From Perkinsus olseni (taxonomy: Eukaryota): 28,588 nt of DNA. The stretch is taken from assembly GCA_013115125.1 (NCBI GenBank), contig JABANN010000058.1:62001-90588 (forward strand), read 5' to 3'. Made by a program: the position numbers and the translations under genes. Under the pieces are notes generated by a model, which had not been told where the DNA came from, ran no database searches, and saw only the letters and a list, made by a program, of their open reading frames with translations. Below, piece after piece: positions 22,518 to 28,588 of the stretch (position 1 is its first letter; each line of letters starts with the position of its first letter).

Positions 22518-22888
22518 CTAATAAGTCACTCCAAAGCGGAAAGAATCCTTATCATTGCAGTACTTCTTCTTTCGGCCCAAGCGATTTGTCGTGGCGTTCG
22601 CAGGGTTCACTGAAACATCCACACTCGCTGTTAGTACGAGGTCGGCCCTTGCCTTACGTGGGTTGAAAGGATACTCCTGTTTGCCTCTGCCTATCTCCCT
22701 GAACATGCCCTTGATGCCATCGGTGAAACTCTCCGTTATCAGACACGGTGTCTGAAAACGATCAACATGCGAGTTGACAACAGAAAAACCGAGAGCCCGG
22801 ATGAGCCTCTGCAAATGGTAAATACCTGGTAAAAGTCGAGCCAGACGATAGCCCAGGCATGAGCGACGCGAACGGGAAGAGCGGACAT
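22518..22888 (-). CDS. Small hypothetical protein, 82 aa, 3 exons
   Basis: Exons 22888-22826, 22751-22658 and 22609-22518 are joined by GT-AG introns (74 and 48 nt) in one frame: MSALPVRVAHAWAIVWLDFYQTPCLITESFTDGIKGMFREIGRGKQEYPFNPLNPANATTNRLGRKKKYCNDKDSFRFGVTY*. Confidence 0.6.
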
Positions 22889-23268
22889 AGTACGACTACC
22901 GCAACGACAACAAAATCTGACGACACCTCGCTGAAAAGAACAATCACCCCAGCTCATGGTAGTAAAGCTGCTACGACTGCTGTCGGCATCAGCATCACGA
23001 AGACTCCAGACCTCAGGACGACTATGAACCCCTCCTCGACCAGATCAATCATCGACTAAGGCGGAAGGAAGTGAGCAGACGAATTTCGGGGCGTGCGCGA
23101 ACACGAAGCAAAAAGCGCGCGCCCACGCGCTCGTCAATGGGACCTCCTACGGCATGCATGTGGAAAGGCTTCATGAAAGCTGTGAACTGCGGGGGCTGAC
23201 AGATCGCCTTCCTAACGCGAGACAACAGGATGATAGAGGCTTGCAAAATCATTAATCATTGATCTGGT

Positions 23269-25123
23269 CTAGCTCTTCTTCGTAAAGAAACTAGTAAGCT
23301 TCGTCTGATGGCTATGTGCACCACCCCCGCCACGCTTGTTGCTTCGGGTGGGCCCGGGCGCCTAAAAACGAAATAATTCACTCCAGCCTGATCACACCGA
23401 GGACGCTGCCACTCGGATATTTACAGGCTTTGGCTTGGGCTTCGCTGCTGCGGGTGCTGCCTTCTTCACTGGCTGGGAGTCTTCCTTGAAGCCAACAACA
23501 TCTTCAACCTCCATGTAACCGTTGTCGCCCAGAGAGAACTTCGTTTTGGTCGTCTTCCTGAGCAGACCGATGGTCGAAGAGCTCGCTGGTGGCCGACTTC
23601 AGCTTACTTCCGTCGCTTCACTTCAATATTCCCACCTCCGTTGTGCTCGACGCTGGAGTTCTCTGCAAGGCACACACCACATCCCACACACGAAGGACAG
23701 ACGAGCCTCGGCACCGGCCTCGGAAAACATCCCGTGGGTAACGAAGAAAGTGCAAGATGCACTATTTTCCTCGCCACAGACTGTACGAATCACAGGTGGA
23801 ATGAATGGAATACTGTAAAGCGGCCCTACCCCTACCGTCACCAGGTCGGGCTGGCTCTTCCTTTCCCACATCTCGCTCAGAAAAAAGATCTGAGATACAG
23901 AGGCTCCCAGAGAAAACCATCAGCCTCACACTGCTGGTAGCACTCACCGTTCTTTGCTGTAGCCGTAGCTGCGGCCTCTCTCGACTTCTCAGGCGTGGCC
24001 TCCCGCTGCCGCTTTACTACAGCTGCCCCTCTACGATTCTTCTTGGGCATGACCATAATATCGTCATCATCCTCATCGTCCTCATCGACATTGTCCGTCG
24101 TAGGCGAGCTGAGCGACCTCTGGCCAAACACAAGTACCTCCTCCGACACCTCACCTAGACGGAGATGATTTTTTGGGGGTTGACATCGCTTTCGTAGGCC
24201 GAGCTGTATCCTTTGCTTTTGCCTTTGAAGCGGCAGTCTTTGTCGTCTTGCTGGCAGCCTTTCCCCTAGCAGGACTCTTCTTTTCTTCCTTCGCTGCCGC
24301 TGATGCTGTTGACTCGGCCTTGTCGTTCTCGGCTTCTTTCCTAGGCCGTGAGAAATAATGAAACGGATAACCCTTCATGGCAATACTTTTTAGCTGCCTT
24401 TTTCTGAGCAGCCTTCGCGAACATCGCCGCCAAGGGGTTCGCCTTCTCCTGAGCTTTCGTGATCTCAATCTGCGTGGCACTCAACGGCACTTCATGGGCC
24501 TGCCATACCGTAAATCGCCCTCAACCCGGAGTGGCGACCCATGAACCTTCGGAGCTATGTTTTTAACGTCTGTCACGATCTCCCTGCACTCATCGCTCGT
24601 CGTGGCATGAAGCACCGTTGGCGCCAAGGCGTGGGGGCTGCGGAAAGGCCGTGGCCCGATTTTACTATCTCCGCTCTCGAGGCCCCTCACCTGCACTTAA
24701 CCTCGCTCCCGGCCACTCGCAGCCGATATACATATCTTGCGAGGACCTATCACGACGAGCATGTTCCCGGCTCTCCGACGGTGACTGAAGTCGGTGGCGT
24801 GCGACCCACCCTATCGAACTTCGACGACGCCCGATCCAACCCCTCCTTGCCGCTAATGATGACCATGTCAGTCTCACCGCTTCCTAGGTTGCCGAGGACA
24901 CAGAAGTCAATCTGCAAAGGAACGAATAGCAGCCAGAGGCCTCTAGTAGAACGTCTACTTCCACGTCCCGGTTGTGTTGCTGAGCGTAGGCGAAGAGACA
25001 CCTCCGAGCGGTGTCGAGCTTCATGCCGGGCAACTCGGAGGTGACATCGCCAACTTGGACCGAGTACCCCTTGTGAAGTACCGACGATATCACCGTAAAC
25101 GTGTCCTGTAGGATAGTGGACAT
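23269..25123 (-). CDS. POLD3: DNA polymerase delta subunit 3 (POLD3/Cdc27/Pol32), multi-exon
   Basis: Globular N-terminus (V..GDV...LDTARRCLFAY), long Lys/Ala/acidic disordered middle, DPIM-like KFSLGDNGYMEV, and a C-terminal PCNA PIP box QTKLTSFFTKKS*. Confidence 0.8.
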
Positions 25124-25234
25124 CTCAATGAACTACGAACGAACCCGCGCTGTCCGTCAGAGTGAGAGGGATGCGGTTTCTCCCTGAAACTGAAGCCTCA
25201 GGCGTTGCGATACTGATACTGTCACGCCACACGA

Positions 25235-26637
25235 TCATGCAGGACCACTCTGGCCCACCACAAAAGTGCCGGTCTCTAAGTTGGGATCCACGCCACTCTG
25301 GTTCTGACTCTGCGTGAAGTTCTCGAGACTCTGTAGCCAGGCTGAGGATCTATCGGAGATAGCCGGGTGATTCCGAGGGCCACACGTTGCTATGTGCCCC
25401 ACGCAAACCTGCACAAGGCTATTGGACGTCCACCAACGAAAACATGCTGAGCTGAGTCGTGAACTCACATAAGGGTACTGCCACACCTCCACCAGCTCCT
25501 GCGGCACAGAACTGGCGGACCAATGAGTGTGACACCACACTTCTCGAACCACGATTGAGGAGAGAATAAAATGCTGAGCCATCGATCGACAGGCCCCTTT
25601 GACGATAGTTACAACCTGAGAGCCCTTATCGGACACAAGGCCCCTTCGGCCAAGTCCACCAAGGCATCAGCTGGATAACCAGCCACGAGGCACTCACACT
25701 CGTAACAAGGTCGTCCGCCGTCTCGTGAACAGTGATCAGACGCAGCCGGTCTCCACCATCTAGAACCATCACTTTGCCCGTGGTGGATTCAACCCCAATG
25801 GAAGTGGGAGTGTCTAGTAGTGCCATGCCTCCGTCGCCATCGCGATGGCCTCGTTGACCACTACAGAGTGTGATCTTAAGTGACTCCCCGTTGCCCACTG
25901 TGGCCTCACTTCTTTCCAGCTAGCGTTATGGTCCGCCTATCCCTAACGCTCACTCGACGAACGCAATGGTTACCCGTATCAGCCACAAGAAGGAACCTCC
26001 CGGTCGAAGCACCGGCCCTAACATACCGAAGCATCCGGTGCGGCCACAGAGGTGACGGCGATCACCCGTCTGTCCTCTCCCACACGGCAAGGCTTAATGG
26101 CGCATTAAACATGGCGACACCGTTGCTTCCATCGAGATATCCGGCACGCTTCCAGCGACCAGCGACGACTTCGTGATACGCGGGCCAGTCCAGATACCTG
26201 GATTCTGACACCGAGCACTGGTCTTATTGGTAGAGCGGAGAGCCCACACCGTGAGGACTTGGGCACTTTTAGAACAACATGGAGCTCCTTGTCGACCAGC
26301 CATATGTCCCCGTCCAGATCAACTGTTGCCTGCTGCGAGAAGTTGAAGACCTCAAAGGCCTTCGAGTAATAATTAGTCTCGAGCACGCGAGTTCCGGTGT
26401 AACCGAATCCGCTGTACATAGGATTGTTGAAACCTAGAAACATAGGAACTTACCATTACGGGCCGTAACGATACTCTTTTGAGGCTTACCCGGAACTTAC
26501 GGGAATTTCGATGGCCCCTTCTCACCTGTCGGAGGCAGCCCAGAGGAGTCCGGTACAGTGTAAGAGTTAGTTCGCTGGGAGTCTCCGAGACAGAGGCATG
26601 CCAAGAAGCAGACGAGGCGTAAAATGCCATGGAGCAT
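25235..26637 (-). CDS. Secreted NHL-repeat (beta-propeller) protein, multi-exon
   Basis: Signal MLHGILRLVCFLACLCLGDS; VDLDGDIWLVDKELHVV, VAG...GYLDG...AMFNAPLSLAV, LLVADTGNHCVRRV...TLAG, GHRDG...LLDTPTSIGV. Confidence 0.8.
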
Positions 26638-27101
26638 CGTGAAACCTCAACTATAACCCGTCCCACAGTATCAACCGAGTGTGAATGCTTGCAGCCAAAA
26701 TGCGCCAATGACGAACGCACAAGAAATAATTTCGCGAGATGATATGCAGATAGACAGGCCCATGCAACCATCGACCACGGCGACTATCGCATAAGGGTGG
26801 GAAGTGAGCGAAGTAGCGAGCGGGCGACGACCATCGGGCGTGCGCTCTAGCCTCATGGCCAGTCGCACGGGGCCCAGCCACGGCAGAGTCATGTTTCTCA
26901 CGGCTTGAGACTCACGCCCCCCTAGGTAGGAAGTCCGCGGGCTCAGAGCGACTATGATATCTGGGAGCAGTCTGTACAACTGAGGAGAAACGGAGGTAGG
27001 CTTTCCCCAAGAGTCGCCGTCGCCTCGAAGGAGCTGAATAAGGGGCGAGCCAAATGAGCCGATGCTCGAACAGTTGTATTCCCTTCTCTACCTCAACCAC
27101 A

Positions 27102-28588
27102 ATGAAGATCCAAGCTGTGACGACTCTGTCCTTGTTTGTCTATCCGGCCTGGTGCGTCCGGTCCAGCAGAACCAAGAGGCGCCTCACGATCGCTGACGAC
27201 GAGAGTCCTACCAGCACGCGTCACACTGCGGGTAAGGGTCATCATCAAGATACTTTTTTCCGCGCTTCATTCGCCAATACCGAGTACTTCTTCGACGCCA
27301 CTTACGAGAACGAGAGCTCTATCCACATTAACGTCAACATCCGCGACTTTCCGGAAGCATCGGCCTTGAGCTCTCGTGGTTCCTGCAGCTGCCACAGAGT
27401 AGCGCCTGCCAGGTCCTTCGGGGAGAAGAACCCTTGTGAGTGCAAACTTACAAGGGCTGGTAAGGAGGTATTCTTGAAGGGGAAGATTTCATTCAACAAT
27501 CCCGATGCTACCGAGGCAGAGACGTTCGTGTTCGACCCACGCACCGGGGACAGGGCTAGCATAATCCCACATCTCCTTGCTCAGAGGACTGCGGATCGAC
27601 ATATAGCTTGGGCCGATAAGGATCGTCTCCGCAGTCCCGGAGTAAAAAAGTGGGCCGACTGCAATCGGCGAAGGAAGCACTCGTGCGGCTCGAACTGTAA
27701 CAAAGATGACCACTCTGTCAGCAGATCAGGATGTATGGTGAACATTGGGGACAACCTCATCAACGAGATTGAAAGGACTCTAACGAATGAGTGCCAGCCT
27801 ACTGTCGCAGCGGGTATCTTCGCTCGGAGCACGGAAGCGACGATGAAATCCACGGGAGCAACTCCCAGTGCAGCCAGAGTAGGCGAAGATTCTCCAAAAG
27901 ACGTTTTAGAGCTCATGGACGATGAGGATATAAGTCCATGTGAGAAGATACACTTCCAGCTCCCAGACGCGGAGTCCCTCCAGAAGAAGGATTGCACCGG
28001 CATCGCGGATATCCTATCTGTTCAGCGTCTGAAGAACGACGAGCTGTTCTTAAACATGCACAGCTTCCAGTCGGGTGCCACAGTCAACCGAGGATGCGTG
28101 TGCGACACATTTATCCCTGCTGAGGATTTCTCCGGTGTTGCACCGTTCGAGAAATTCACCTGTGCTTGTCGGCGTCAGACGGATGACGCGAAGGACGAGA
28201 GGATGGAATTCGAGACTTGCAACGTCGATGCCTACACCCTTGTCACGAGGTTTGAGTGCACAGGAAGGGTTGCCGGCCAAGTCCACATAGATAAACTGAG
28301 AATCCTCACGAATGCTCACGCAGTGGGCTACCAGACGACTCTACCTCTCGCTGGAGTTTATCGCGACAAGTCAACCGAGTATCGGGTCTCCTGTGCTATT
28401 AGTTCCGACACGGTTCACAAAGAGTTCAAGCTCCGGGTAGGCTCCGCGACCGATACGGACGACGAAGGCAATACCGACAAGTTCATCGGTTTCACATGCA
28501 AGGGGGACGTTACGTCTCCTCAGTGGGCTTACATCTGCACGGCCGGAGAGACAAGTGCGAGAGTCGACTTTGTGTACAGCGCGTCCGG
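27102..28588 (+). CDS. Hypothetical secreted cysteine-rich protein, >495 aa, open to the window end
   Basis: Manual translation from ATG 27102 finds no stop to 28588: MKIQAVTTLSLFVYPAWC (signal-like), RTKRR, about 20 Cys. It is absent from the ORF track, presumably because no stop falls within the window. Confidence 0.85.
   Translation, partial: MKIQAVTTLSLFVYPAWCVRSSRTKRRLTIADDESPTSTRHTAGKGHHQDTFFRASFANTEYFFDATYENESSIHINVNIRDFPEASALSSRGSCSCHRVAPARSFGEKNPCECKLTRAGKEVFLKGKISFNNPDATEAETFVFDPRTGDRASIIPHLLAQRTADRHIAWADKDRLRSPGVKKWADCNRRRKHSCGSNCNKDDHSVSRSGCMVNIGDNLINEIERTLTNECQPTVAAGIFARSTEATMKSTGATPSAARVGEDSPKDVLELMDDEDISPCEKIHFQLPDAESLQKKDCTGIADILSVQRLKNDELFLNMHSFQSGATVNRGCVCDTFIPAEDFSGVAPFEKFTCACRRQTDDAKDERMEFETCNVDAYTLVTRFECTGRVAGQVHIDKLRILTNAHAVGYQTTLPLAGVYRDKSTEYRVSCAISSDTVHKEFKLRVGSATDTDDEGNTDKFIGFTCKGDVTSPQWAYICTAGETSARVDFVYSAS

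Noticed and set aside
27165..27200. PEXEL-like export motif in RRLTI
   Set aside because: The fifth position is not E/Q/D; better read as a polybasic cleavage site.

Overview
Eukaryotic, gene-dense genomic DNA with many short (~45-130 nt) GT-AG introns and mostly 110-400 nt spacers. Architecture and gene content suggest a perkinsid alveolate (Perkinsus-like); this is inference only. Sixteen consecutive genes lie on the minus strand, left to right: LPCAT/LPEAT-type acyltransferase (runs off the left edge), ankyrin-repeat protein, 4'-phosphopantetheinyl transferase, three tandem intronless uridine phosphorylases (one spanning an assembly gap), GT47/exostosin glycosyltransferase, UNC-93-like transporter, PGAP4/TMEM246-like glycosyltransferase, Shewanella-like phosphatase with a signal peptide, PSLAIRE CDK, RBBP9-like hydrolase, OMP decarboxylase, an 82-aa three-exon orphan, POLD3/Cdc27 and a secreted NHL-repeat protein. 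After a divergent strand switch (~26.6-27.1 kb) an intronless Cys-rich secreted ORF of >495 codons, absent from the ORF track, runs off the right edge. Gene models were spliced by eye. No RNA genes, mobile elements or CRISPR arrays could be supported.
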